A stretch of DNA of 64,000 nucleotides. It comes from SAR202 cluster bacterium (lineage in GTDB: Bacteria > Chloroflexota > Dehalococcoidia > Lucifugimonadales > GCA-2719675). Position 1 is the stretch's first letter. The number at the start of each line of letters is the position of its first letter. The notes under the pieces are model-generated. The model saw only the letters and a program-made list of their open reading frames with translations. It did no database searches and had not been told where the DNA came from. The position numbers and the translations under genes were made by a program. The stretch spans positions 124,160 through 188,159 of the forward strand of contig VFGW01000020.1 in the NCBI GenBank assembly GCA_009392295.1, read 5' to 3'. Shown piece after piece: positions 9,075 through 18,233 of this stretch.

Positions 9075-10229
9075 TTAAACAACATCCTGAGAAATTAAAT
9101 TGTGTCTCAATGAATCAGAAAACTCTTTTCGCTGCCATTTTCTAACAACTTCGTGTTCAATCTCATTTTCAAAGTTATCCAAATTCATACAAATATTTTT
9201 CAAATTTGATAAAGGCCAAATTAAAGAAGGTTGTAATTTCAATTTTTTTGATAAATTCAACCTCCAATCTTTCAAGTTTTTAAATAACAGTACTTGAGAA
9301 TCACTCATATTTTTCTGTGTTTTCCTTTTCGGATATAACTCTTCACGTGATATATTTAATAAAGTAGAGTTTTGAGCATCTTTGATTGCTTTGATCAATT
9401 TTAACCTGCGATTTGATCTAGAATAAATTCCCAAATCTTTTATTTTTGTCAAATCTATTTCAGGATTCTTGGATATTTCAATTAATATATTGTCATGAAC
9501 TATCTTAAATGTTGGACGATTTAACCTTATAGCCTCATTTTGTCTGAATTCATATAACCTACTTAAAATCGTCAATGATTTGATATCTAAAGTTTTGCTA
9601 CCTTTAATAGATAAAAATGGATTCTCAATTATCTTAGGAATATATTTAATTCTTTCCAAAAATTTAAATTCTTCAAAAACCCAATGAGTTCTTTTAAGAT
9701 TTGCTAATTCATTTAATAACAAATCTCGTAAATTTTTTAAATACAAAACATCATTTATTGCATATTGTAAAGCCTCTTTGGGAATTGGTCTTAAAGTCCA
9801 ATCAGAACGTTGTAAAGATTTCGACTTAGAAAGTTCAATTTTTAAATATTCACTTAATATTGAAGATAAACCTAATTTTTCTGAACCTAAAAAAGCTGCA
9901 GCAGTGCTAGTATCAAAAATATTTCTAACTTGAAAATTCCAATCCCTGTCAAAACTACGTAAATCATGATCAGGTGAATGAAATATTTTTTCTATATCCT
10001 TATCAAATAATAGTTTCCCCAATGGAGCTATCTCAGAAATTTGCAATGGATCTACAATAAACACTGCTCCGGGTATAGCTAATTGTATTAAGCATATTTG
10101 TTCTTTAAATCGATGTAATCCATTAGATTCAATATCTACAGCAACAAAATCTTCTTTAGAAATTTTTTTAATAGTGTTAATAAGTTTCTCATTTGAATCT
10201 ACTATTTCAATTGAATAATTATTTTCCAA
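9075..10229 (-). CDS. rnd: Ribonuclease D (DEDD 3'-5' exonuclease plus HRDC domain)
   Basis: 384 aa. It has VAVDIESNGLHRF..ICLIQLA, HSPDHDL and YAINDVLYL exonuclease motifs, plus a C-terminal HRDC-like region. Confidence 0.82.
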   Translation of the reverse strand: MENNYSIEIVDSNEKLINTIKKISKEDFVAVDIESNGLHRFKEQICLIQLAIPGAVFIVDPLQISEIAPLGKLLFDKDIEKIFHSPDHDLRSFDRDWNFQVRNIFDTSTAAAFLGSEKLGLSSILSEYLKIELSKSKSLQRSDWTLRPIPKEALQYAINDVLYLKNLRDLLLNELANLKRTHWVFEEFKFLERIKYIPKIIENPFLSIKGSKTLDIKSLTILSRLYEFRQNEAIRLNRPTFKIVHDNILIEISKNPEIDLTKIKDLGIYSRSNRRLKLIKAIKDAQNSTLLNISREELYPKRKTQKNMSDSQVLLFKNLKDWRLNLSKKLKLQPSLIWPLSNLKNICMNLDNFENEIEHEVVRKWQRKEFSDSLRHNLISQDVV

Positions 10230-10350
10230 TTTATATCGCCTGAATTAAATATTTTATATGATAATCATTAGATTATCATATTAACTATATAGCAAATATC
10301 CACCATGATATCTTACAATATGCAATAATTGGAATTATTGGAATCGCGAT

Positions 10351-11361
10351 ATGAAATTCTTAAAAACTATAGGGATCATAAGTGACCAAGGTATAGGAAT
10401 GGGGTTTTCAGGCCCTATTGCAACTGCATTTGATTCTCAAAATACTGCATTTGTCCTTAATAGGGGACACGAAGATCAAGGTAGCGGAAATTTATTCAGA
10501 GTAACAGTTCAAACATTTGAGGAAGATTTTTTAACTGAATTTGCTACTTGGTATGGTAATAAACTAGGAGACAAAAAATTAAATACTCCTAGTGATTTAG
10601 AATTCGACTCAAATGATCGTTTATATATCACAGATGAAGTCAATAATGAAGTATTAATATACGATAATGAATCTAATTACATAGGTAAGTGGGGAAAAGC
10701 AGGAAATAAAGAAGGTGAATTAAGTGGCCCCTCAGGTATTACTATCGATTCGAAAAATAATATTTATATATCTGAACAGTATAACAATCGTATCCAAAAG
10801 TTTTCAAAAGATGGAGAATTTATTTCATCTTGGGGAAAATTTGGAACTAAATATGGTGAATTTAATCTACCTTGGGGTATATCTGTTGATAAGAAAGATA
10901 ATATCTACGTGGCAGACTGGCGAAACAATCGTATCCAAAAGTTTTCAAAAGATGGAGAATTTATCACTTTATTTGAAAATAACAAAGAAAAATTATTGCG
11001 TCCTTCAGATGTTGCAGTAGATTCTAACGGATATATATATATATCTGATTGGGGGAATGAAAGGGTAGTAGTATTAGATGAAAATGGCAAACATATATCA
11101 AATGAACGCGGTAAATCAACATTGTCCACAGCATGGACAGATGAATTTTTTGAATCTAATATAGATGAACGTGATAGTAGAGCAAAAGCAAACTTGATTC
11201 CAGACTTACCTGAACATCTACAGACACCTTACCATATCTCATCACAAAGTGAACCATTATTTTGGGGTATCACAGATCTATCAATAGATAATTTAGGCAG
11301 GCTATATGTCACAGAATTCAGAAGACATAGATGTCAAATTTTTAATTTGCGTAGCGCGTAG
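10351..11361 (+). CDS. NHL-repeat beta-propeller protein
   Basis: 336 aa. It has repeated blades (LYITDEVNNEVLIYD, IYISEQYNNRIQKFSKDGEF, IYVADWRNNRIQKFSKDGEF, IYISDWGNERVVVLD). It is a paralogue of 34180-35199. Confidence 0.8.
   Translation: MKFLKTIGIISDQGIGMGFSGPIATAFDSQNTAFVLNRGHEDQGSGNLFRVTVQTFEEDFLTEFATWYGNKLGDKKLNTPSDLEFDSNDRLYITDEVNNEVLIYDNESNYIGKWGKAGNKEGELSGPSGITIDSKNNIYISEQYNNRIQKFSKDGEFISSWGKFGTKYGEFNLPWGISVDKKDNIYVADWRNNRIQKFSKDGEFITLFENNKEKLLRPSDVAVDSNGYIYISDWGNERVVVLDENGKHISNERGKSTLSTAWTDEFFESNIDERDSRAKANLIPDLPEHLQTPYHISSQSEPLFWGITDLSIDNLGRLYVTEFRRHRCQIFNLRSA
10783..10823 (+). repeat. Copy 1 of a 41-nt perfect direct repeat inside the NHL gene
   Basis: aacaatcgtatccaaaagttttcaaaagatggagaatttat read directly from the sequence. 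It encodes NNRIQKFSKDGEF. Confidence 0.9.
10924..10964 (+). repeat. Copy 2 of the 41-nt perfect direct repeat, 141 nt (47 codons, one blade) downstream of copy 1
   Basis: The 41-mer is identical to copy 1. The alternate-frame ORF 10724-11020 also shows the repeat as a duplicated peptide (IVSKSFQKMENL). Confidence 0.9.
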
Positions 11362-11396
11362 CTAATTAAGCTAAATATAACGCAAAATTAATTAAT

Positions 11397-11936
11397 TTAG
11401 CCATTTAAAATTTCCTGGAAATCATTTTTAAATTTTGCCAACTTTGGAGCAATATTATATTGACAATATGCGTTACCAGGATTCCTTACATAATATTCTT
11501 GATGATATTCTTCAGCTTTGTAAAAATGTTTAAATTCCGTAACTTCAGTTACAATTACATCATAAATTTTTTCTTTAATTAATGTATTAATATACTCTTG
11601 AGTTTTAAATTTTTGCTCAATAGAATGAAAAAATATTGCAGACCTATATTGAGTTCCGACATCATGACCTTGTCTATTCAATGTTGTGGGGTCATGAGTC
11701 GAGAAAAATATTAACAATAATTTTTCAAAATTTATTATATTTTGGTCATAAGTTATTTGAATCACTTCTGCATGACCAGTAAAACCTGAACAAACTTCTT
11801 CATAATTAGGATTTTGCGTATGTCCTCCTGAATAACCTGATTCTACATTAATAACACCTTGAATTTTAGAAAATATTGCTTCTAAACACCAAAAACACCC
11901 CCCACCAAATGTTGCTAAATTTGATTTATTATCCAT
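11397..11936 (-). CDS. msrA: Peptide-methionine (S)-S-oxide reductase
   Basis: 179 aa. It has the active-site motif GGGCFWC, plus GHAEV and HDPT. Confidence 0.9.
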   Translation of the reverse strand: MDNKSNLATFGGGCFWCLEAIFSKIQGVINVESGYSGGHTQNPNYEEVCSGFTGHAEVIQITYDQNIINFEKLLLIFFSTHDPTTLNRQGHDVGTQYRSAIFFHSIEQKFKTQEYINTLIKEKIYDVIVTEVTEFKHFYKAEEYHQEYYVRNPGNAYCQYNIAPKLAKFKNDFQEILNG

Positions 11937-11962
11937 TTTGATTCCTCACTCAATTTCAAATT

Positions 11963-12850
11963 TCATATGAATATTTCAATTTCCTTTTCCTTAACACTAA
12001 CTTTTATAGGTGTAGTACCAGTTAATTCACCATCAATATTTAAAATTTCATCCTCAGTTGAAAAAATAGAAAAACTTTTAACTTGTAAATATTCAACTTC
12101 CTTTTCTTTAATATGCGATCCTGTAAATAGTTGAGGCATCACAGAAAGTAATCTAAATTTACTAATATTTCCGTCTACTACTACTAAATCTAATAAACCA
12201 TCATTCAATTTAGCATGAGGAGCCATTTTCATGCCATTTCCTACATGAATAGAATTACATCCTATAATAAATGTATACATTCCAATAGATTTTTTGCCAT
12301 CAACAACCAATTCTGTTTTTCTACCTTTACTTAAAAATATTTCAATTATAGATGCAAAAGTGTACCTGATAGGTCCCAATAATCTCAACTTTTCAGCACG
12401 TGCACCCACATCTTTCACTAATCCCCAACCAACTAAATTAATTGCAAAATTCATTTCATGGTTCATTTCTAGTTGTAAAACATCTATATGTTCCGTATTT
12501 AACAAAGAAATTTTCTTAGCGGCTTGAATCGGGTCAAACATTTTTAAATCACTGGAAAAAGAATTACCAGAACCTACTGGAATGACACCGATTGGTAATT
12601 TTATATTATCATTTCTATTCAACATTCCATTAACGACTTCGTTTAAAGTGCCATCACCTCCTAAAACTAAAATTGAATTAATCGTACTTAAGTCCATTGT
12701 CTGCAGTCTTTGTTTGGCATTACCCTGGTATTTAGTTTTTACAATTAATAAAGAAATCCCATTAGATTCAAAAATGGGACGAATTTTCTCTAAAATGTAC
12801 AATGCTTTTTGTTTCCCACTTTTGGGGTTAACAATTACTAAAAATTTCAC
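11963..12850 (-). CDS. Diacylglycerol-kinase-family lipid kinase (YegS/BmrU-like)
   Basis: 295 aa. It has VNPKSG, GGDGTLNEV and PVGSGN. It has a GTG start. Confidence 0.82.
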   Translation of the reverse strand: MKFLVIVNPKSGKQKALYILEKIRPIFESNGISLLIVKTKYQGNAKQRLQTMDLSTINSILVLGGDGTLNEVVNGMLNRNDNIKLPIGVIPVGSGNSFSSDLKMFDPIQAAKKISLLNTEHIDVLQLEMNHEMNFAINLVGWGLVKDVGARAEKLRLLGPIRYTFASIIEIFLSKGRKTELVVDGKKSIGMYTFIIGCNSIHVGNGMKMAPHAKLNDGLLDLVVVDGNISKFRLLSVMPQLFTGSHIKEKEVEYLQVKSFSIFSTEDEILNIDGELTGTTPIKVSVKEKEIEIFI

Positions 12851-13102
12851 ATGAACTCATTTCTTGTTGTATAAATCTTATATCAAATTTATAATTTTTT
12901 TCGTGTCTAATTAACTTTACGTTTAGGTCTATTTTCTGATATATTTATGGAGGCTGATTTTTCCTTCGATAAATCTTTCATTCTAAAATTCAAACTGTTT
13001 ATCAACACGATGTTTTAGATTAGTTTAAAATATAAAAATATTTCATATTACAGTTTATATTAAGTTGTAAATCTAAAAGCATAATTAGGAGAAACATCTC
13101 AT

Positions 13103-14785
13103 ATGTATGAACATGACATTTTAATAATAGGCGCTGGTCTTGCTGGACTGCGCGCAGCAGTTGAAGGTGTGAAAAATGGTTTGGATGTCGCTGTAGTTTC
13201 AAAAGTTCATCCAGTCCGAAGTCACTCAAATGCAGCTCAAGGCGGAATTAATGCTCCTTTAACAGATAGAGGAGATGATTGGGAAGGTCACGCATACGAC
13301 ACTATAAAAGGTTCTGACTTTTTAGCTGATCAAGATGCAGTAGAAGTGATGTCACGAGAAGCCGGTGATGCTGTGATCGAATTAGAAAGAATGGGTGTTA
13401 TTTTTACTAGAGGTGAAGACGGTAAACTTGGTACAAGAGCATTCGGTGGACAAAAAGTAGCTCGTACATTTTTTGTTGGAGCAATCACAGGATCTGCATT
13501 GTTACATGTTCTTTTTGAGCAATCACTTAAACTAGGTTTAAATGTTTATGAAGAATGGTTTGTAACTAAACTTATTATGGAAGATGGTATATGTAAGGGT
13601 GTTGTTGCTTATGACATTAAAAATGGAGAACTCCATACTATTAAAGCTAAAGCTGTAATAATGGCCACTGGCGGGAACGGTAGAGTTTTTGAACCGTCAA
13701 CTCAAGCATTAATTTGTACTGGTGATGGGCTTTCTTTAGCATACAAAGCTGGAGCTCCATTAATGGACATGGAAATGATTCAATATCATCCAACCACTCT
13801 GGCTAGAACAGGAATATTACTCTCAGAAGCTGCAAGAGGTGAAGGTGCATATTTACTAAATTCAAAGGGCGAAAGGTTCATGGAAAAATATGCTCCTGAC
13901 TATATGGAGTTAGCTTCCAGAGATGTTGTTTCTAGATCTGAACAAACAGAAATTGACGAAGGAAGAGGTATAGACGGTAATGTAATGCTAGATCTTAGGC
14001 ATTTAGGTAGAGATTATATTGAAAAACGACTAGGCTATCTCCAAGAAGTATCCTTAGAATTTCTTGGAATAGATATGGCTGAAGAGCCTGTACCAGTTCG
14101 ACCAGGTATGCATTATCTTATGGGTGGAATCAAAACTGACTTAAATGGAGCAACACAAATACCGGGACTTTATGCTGCAGGTGAATGTGCTAATGTAAGT
14201 GTTCATGGAGCAAATAGATTAGGTGCAAATTCTTTATTAGATACTGTAGTTTTTGGACGTAGGTCCGCTGAACATGCTATTGAATACATAAAATCAGTTA
14301 AACAAAATTCTAACTCTGAAAATGATTTGAAACTTGAAAGCAAACGATTGCAATCAATACTTGATAGACCAAAAGGTGAAAATATTGCTAATTTACGAAA
14401 TGACATGGCTGTAAATATGACCAAAGGTATTGGAGTTTGGAGAGACCAGAAGTCTATAGAAAATGCTCTCTCAAATCTTCATGACGTGAAAAATAGATTG
14501 CCAAAAATTTCAGTAGAACATAAAGGTAAATTTTTCAATACTAACTTAATTTTCGCTTTAGAATTAGAATTCATGGTGGATAATGCTGAAGCAATAATTC
14601 ATGGCGCAATCACTCGTAAAGAGAGTAGAGGAGCACATTACAGAACTGATATGCCTGAACGAGATGATAAAAATTGGTTAAAACACACCCTCGTTTATCA
14701 TGACACCAACCGAGAAAACAATGTAAGAATTGAAACTGCACCTGTTACAATCACAAAATGGGAACCAGTAAAGAGAGTATATTAA
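13103..14785 (+). CDS. sdhA: Succinate dehydrogenase / fumarate reductase flavoprotein subunit
   Basis: 560 aa. Motifs are IIGAGLAGLRAA, RSHSNAAQGGINA (covalent-FAD His context), QYHPT, RGEGA and HGANRLGANSL. AGGAG lies upstream. Confidence 0.93.
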   Translation: MYEHDILIIGAGLAGLRAAVEGVKNGLDVAVVSKVHPVRSHSNAAQGGINAPLTDRGDDWEGHAYDTIKGSDFLADQDAVEVMSREAGDAVIELERMGVIFTRGEDGKLGTRAFGGQKVARTFFVGAITGSALLHVLFEQSLKLGLNVYEEWFVTKLIMEDGICKGVVAYDIKNGELHTIKAKAVIMATGGNGRVFEPSTQALICTGDGLSLAYKAGAPLMDMEMIQYHPTTLARTGILLSEAARGEGAYLLNSKGERFMEKYAPDYMELASRDVVSRSEQTEIDEGRGIDGNVMLDLRHLGRDYIEKRLGYLQEVSLEFLGIDMAEEPVPVRPGMHYLMGGIKTDLNGATQIPGLYAAGECANVSVHGANRLGANSLLDTVVFGRRSAEHAIEYIKSVKQNSNSENDLKLESKRLQSILDRPKGENIANLRNDMAVNMTKGIGVWRDQKSIENALSNLHDVKNRLPKISVEHKGKFFNTNLIFALELEFMVDNAEAIIHGAITRKESRGAHYRTDMPERDDKNWLKHTLVYHDTNRENNVRIETAPVTITKWEPVKRVY

Positions 14786-15741
14786 TGAATGTGAATTTAA
14801 AGGTAAAAAGATTTGACCCTAGTGAGCCCACAAAAAACACTTGGTGGCAAGAATATCAAATTGACATCCACAAAGATTCCACTGTTTTAGACGCATTAAT
14901 TCATGTTCGTGAATATGAAGATACATCTTTAGCTCTCAGATGTGCTTGTAGAGCATCTATATGTGGCTCTTGTGGAATGAAAGTCAACGGTAGCGCTAAA
15001 CTAGTTTGTAAAACTAGAGTAGCTGAGGTTTCACCTGGAGGAGAACAGGTTGTAATAGAACCTATGGGTAACCATCCTGTTGTAAAAGATTTAGTTGTTT
15101 CTCTGGATACATTTTTCAATCAAATAAAACGAATAGAACCATACGTTCAACCTGATCACATACCTGAAAAAGGAGAATACATAGCTTCTAACGAATCAAT
15201 GGAAAATTTACTTACCGCAATGAATTGCATAATGTGTGGATGCTGTGTTTCCGATTGTACTGTTTTGGAAGTTGATGATAATTTTATAGGACCAGCTGCG
15301 CTTGCAAAAGCATGGAGATTTGTTGATGACCCAAGAGATTCCAAAAGAGAAAACAGATTAAATAATTTAAACAACGAAGATGGTGGTATATGGGATTGTA
15401 CTAGATGCATGCAATGTGTGGAGGTGTGCCCTAAAGGTGTTGATCCTATGGACAGAATAATGGATCTTCGAGATAGTGCTATATCTAATGGCTTAACTAA
15501 TTCATTTGGAGCTAGGCACGCTAATTCAGTAAATAAATCTATTAAACATTCTGGTCGTATTGATGAATTCAGATTACCTATAGAAAGTAAAGGGTATTTT
15601 AATATCAAAGAAATATTCAAATTACTTATACCTGGGCTAAGAATGTTAATAAAAAAACAAAGTCCATCACCTTTTCACCATAAAAATCCAAACCAATCGA
15701 AAGTAAAAAATATATTTAAAAACTTTGAGGAAAACAAATAA
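14785..15741 (+). CDS. sdhB: Succinate dehydrogenase / fumarate reductase iron-sulfur subunit, with a C-terminal extension of about 70 aa
   Basis: The start is taken at MNVNLKVKRF (ATG 14785), which overlaps the sdhA stop as TAATG. It has the 2Fe-2S motif CRASICGSCGMKVNG....C. Its ferredoxin motifs are CIMCGCCVSDC and CTRCMQCVEVCP. The second is a full CxxCxxCxxxCP. Confidence 0.88.
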   Translation: MNVNLKVKRFDPSEPTKNTWWQEYQIDIHKDSTVLDALIHVREYEDTSLALRCACRASICGSCGMKVNGSAKLVCKTRVAEVSPGGEQVVIEPMGNHPVVKDLVVSLDTFFNQIKRIEPYVQPDHIPEKGEYIASNESMENLLTAMNCIMCGCCVSDCTVLEVDDNFIGPAALAKAWRFVDDPRDSKRENRLNNLNNEDGGIWDCTRCMQCVEVCPKGVDPMDRIMDLRDSAISNGLTNSFGARHANSVNKSIKHSGRIDEFRLPIESKGYFNIKEIFKLLIPGLRMLIKKQSPSPFHHKNPNQSKVKNIFKNFEENK

Positions 15742-16631
15742 TGAAATTTGCTTTTTACCCCGGATGTGTATCTAGAGGTGCATGCCCTGAACTTTTTGAG
15801 TCAACAATAGCAGTCTGTGAAAAACTTGGAATTGAACTCGACTATAAATCTATGGAAAGTGCTAGCTGTACAGGCTCAGGCATCCTACAAGAAAAAAATC
15901 TTAAATTAGGCGATACATTAAACGCTCGAAATTTTGCACTTGCTGAAAAATCTGGTTTGCCTCTTTTAACAATTTGTAGTACTTGCCAAGGCGTAATGTC
16001 CCAAGCAAACGCTAGGCTACTAGCTGATAAGGAGTATTTGAAAGAAATTAATCAAGAGCTTAAGTCAGAAGGTTTAGAATATAAAGGAACTGTAGACCCC
16101 AAACATTTATTATGGGTTTTAATGGAAGATATAGGCATTGATAAACTAAAATCTTTAGTAGTTAGAGAACTTAAGGGTTTAAAATTAGCACCATTTTATG
16201 GTTGCTACATTGTAAGGCCTTCTGCAGCATTGAAATTCCAAGAAAACCCGAGCAGATCTACTTCACTTGAAGAAATTATCAAAGCAGTTGGAGCTAGTGT
16301 AGTTGATTTCCCTGGCAAAACTCAATGTTGTGGATTTCCAATTTTAATGATCAACCAAAAAAATGCAGTGAATATGGTAGCAAATCATACATCAACAGCA
16401 AAAGACGAAGGCGCGGATGCTATGGTCACTCCTTGTCCTCTTTGCCACCTCAACCTTGATGCATACCAACCTGAAGCATCAAAAACTAAAAATGAACCTA
16501 TAAATTTACCAATAATTCATTTACCTCAACTTATTGGACTTGCGATTGGGATTGAACCTGAAAAAATGAAACTTAACAAACATATTATATCTACGAAAAC
16601 TATGCTTTCTGAAATCGGAGTTTCACCTTAA
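15741..16631 (+). CDS. CCG-domain (HdrB-like) subunit of a non-classical (type E-like) succinate:quinone oxidoreductase
   Basis: 296 aa. It has two Cys-rich half-domains: YPGC..GAC...SC(T)G...CSTC, and FYGC...QCCGFP...PCPLC. The ATG overlaps the sdhB stop as TAATG. There are no TM helices. Confidence 0.8.
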   Translation: MKFAFYPGCVSRGACPELFESTIAVCEKLGIELDYKSMESASCTGSGILQEKNLKLGDTLNARNFALAEKSGLPLLTICSTCQGVMSQANARLLADKEYLKEINQELKSEGLEYKGTVDPKHLLWVLMEDIGIDKLKSLVVRELKGLKLAPFYGCYIVRPSAALKFQENPSRSTSLEEIIKAVGASVVDFPGKTQCCGFPILMINQKNAVNMVANHTSTAKDEGADAMVTPCPLCHLNLDAYQPEASKTKNEPINLPIIHLPQLIGLAIGIEPEKMKLNKHIISTKTMLSEIGVSP

Positions 16632-16663
16632 TAATCATTAAAAAATCAATTAGGAAAAAGAAA

Positions 16664-17404
16664 ATGAATAAATCTAATCTAATTATTACTTTGGTTATAA
16701 ATACTTTAATCTTCGTTCTATTAATTGGTTGCTATGAAACTGTAGAACCTTCCACAAGTTCTACAACAAAAATTCAACAACCTAAACAAAGTACAAACAA
16801 TCAAGAACAATCAATCAATCAAAAACCAGAAAGAAAAAAAATGAAACAATATCCTAACGCACCTGCAATGACTATAGACCAATCAAAAAATTATAAAGCA
16901 ATTTTTCAAATGGAAAATGGTAAAGATTTTATTGTTGAACTCTATGCCGAAGATGCTCCTATAGCAGTTAACAGCTTCATATTTTTGGCTCGTGATGGTT
17001 TTTATGACGGAGTAAGCTTCCACAGAGTTATTCCGGGCTTTATGGCTCAAGGAGGGGATCCTACTGGAACAGGAATGGGTGGACCAGGTTATAAATTCCA
17101 AACTGAAATTAGCACAATAAGAAAACATACAGGACCTGGAATTTTATCAATGGCTAATGCAGGTGGTATGAATACTAATGGAAGTCAATTTTTCATCACA
17201 TTTGATTCTGTAAATTTCTTAGATACTGTAAACGAAGATAACTCCCCCAAAGATTGTTCCCAACCAGGAGTATCCTGTCACACAGTTTTTGGAAAAGTAG
17301 TTAATGGGTTAGAAAATGCTTTGAATATATCTCCCAGAGACCCTGCCACCGCTAAATCTAGCGGAGACGTAATTAAAACAATTTCAATAGAAGAATCAAA
17401 TTAA
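16664..17404 (+). CDS. Cyclophilin-type peptidyl-prolyl cis-trans isomerase, predicted lipoprotein
   Basis: 246 aa. A leader with lipobox LLIGC is followed by a Q/S/T-rich linker. The cyclophilin core has FHRVIPGFMAQGGDPTGTGMGGPGY and LSMANAG.NTNGSQFFITF. Confidence 0.88.
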   Translation: MNKSNLIITLVINTLIFVLLIGCYETVEPSTSSTTKIQQPKQSTNNQEQSINQKPERKKMKQYPNAPAMTIDQSKNYKAIFQMENGKDFIVELYAEDAPIAVNSFIFLARDGFYDGVSFHRVIPGFMAQGGDPTGTGMGGPGYKFQTEISTIRKHTGPGILSMANAGGMNTNGSQFFITFDSVNFLDTVNEDNSPKDCSQPGVSCHTVFGKVVNGLENALNISPRDPATAKSSGDVIKTISIEESN

Positions 17405-17425
17405 TAAATCTTTTAAGGAGATGAA

Positions 17426-17698
17426 ATGAATATATGCTATACGTCAACTTTCCAAGGAACCTTTGAAGACTTCAATTCTGTAATGGAGGAACTTCGTGCT
17501 GAATTTCCAGGTATTACAGATGCGTCCGAAAGTGCTGAAATTGAAATTGACAAAGACGGATGGTGTAAAGTAATTACAATTGCTAATGTTGTCGATTTCA
17601 ATAAAATGAAAGAGCTTATGGCTTCCCCTAAAGTTGCTGAATGGGATAAGAAATTTAACAATACTGACGTAGTTTACAAATTAGAAAAAATCAATTAA
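17426..17698 (+). CDS. Small acidic hypothetical protein (90 aa)
   Basis: AAGGAG lies 7 nt upstream of the ATG, 22 nt after the PPIase gene. I recognise no family with confidence. It may be a small alpha/beta (ABM/DUF3764-like) protein, but that is a guess. Confidence 0.55.
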   Translation: MNICYTSTFQGTFEDFNSVMEELRAEFPGITDASESAEIEIDKDGWCKVITIANVVDFNKMKELMASPKVAEWDKKFNNTDVVYKLEKIN

Positions 17699-17849
17699 TC
17701 TAATCCGGTAAAAATAACGAGATAGCTGTTTTTTAATAGCTTCCTAACTACAATTACAGAATGTACTAATCTATCTAATTAGTTAATATCTTCAAGTGTT
17801 TTAAAATAATTTTAACAAGATCCCGCTAGCAGGAAATTTTGGAAGTACC

Positions 17850-18233
17850 TTATTTATTTAAATACTTATCTGCAATCCATTTTTGATAACTTAAATCTAA
17901 ACAATCATTTCTAGCTTTATTAACAAAAAATTCTTTTGATGAAGATAATTCTTCATTTTTATATTTCATTAGTTCATCATTATTCAAATTAATTTCTAAT
18001 GCTTTATAAGTACAAATACATCTATCTAAAGAAATCTCTTTTTGTAACTTACAATAAGATTTCATATTATCTGAAAATCGTTTCTGATTTTCAACTCTTG
18101 TGTTAAATTCCTGTTCTTGCTGTTTTATTCCATATTCATTAGTAGTTCCCCAAAAAATTATAAAACTTAATAATGAAAAAATTAAATAAATTTTACTTAT
18201 AAAAATTATTGGTCCAATTATAAAAATCTGCAC
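17850..18233 (-). CDS. Hypothetical membrane-anchored protein with a 4-Cys extracytoplasmic domain
   Basis: 127 aa. An N-terminal TM helix (QIFIIGPIIFISKIYLIFSLLSFIIFW) is followed by a K/E-rich domain with four Cys. The GTG start overlaps the upstream stop by 1 nt. Confidence 0.42.
   Translation of the reverse strand: MQIFIIGPIIFISKIYLIFSLLSFIIFWGTTNEYGIKQQEQEFNTRVENQKRFSDNMKSYCKLQKEISLDRCICTYKALEINLNNDELMKYKNEELSSSKEFFVNKARNDCLDLSYQKWIADKYLNK

Noticed and set aside
10724-11020. 98-aa alternate-frame plus-strand ORF within the NHL gene, showing a duplicated peptide (IVSKSFQKMENL)
   Set aside because: The duplication is just the 41-nt DNA repeat read in another frame. The NHL frame has clear blade motifs across the whole region.
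12947-13018. 23-codon ORF (MEADFSFDKSFILKFKLFINTMF) in the 252-bp spacer upstream of sdhA, considered as a leader peptide
   Set aside because: It has no SD and no attenuator-like alternative hairpins around it. Short ORFs are expected by chance in this spacer.
14758-14784. Upstream extension of sdhB given in the ORF track (MGTSKESIL...)
   Set aside because: It lies inside the 3' end of sdhA. The ATG at 14785 gives the common TAATG coupling and a normal SdhB N-terminus.
15156-15620. 154-aa minus-strand ORF inside sdhB
   Set aside because: It is fully antisense to a gene with unmistakable Fe-S motifs. The product is low-complexity and S/L-rich with no recognisable domain. This is a typical shadow ORF in a locally GC-richer, conserved gene.
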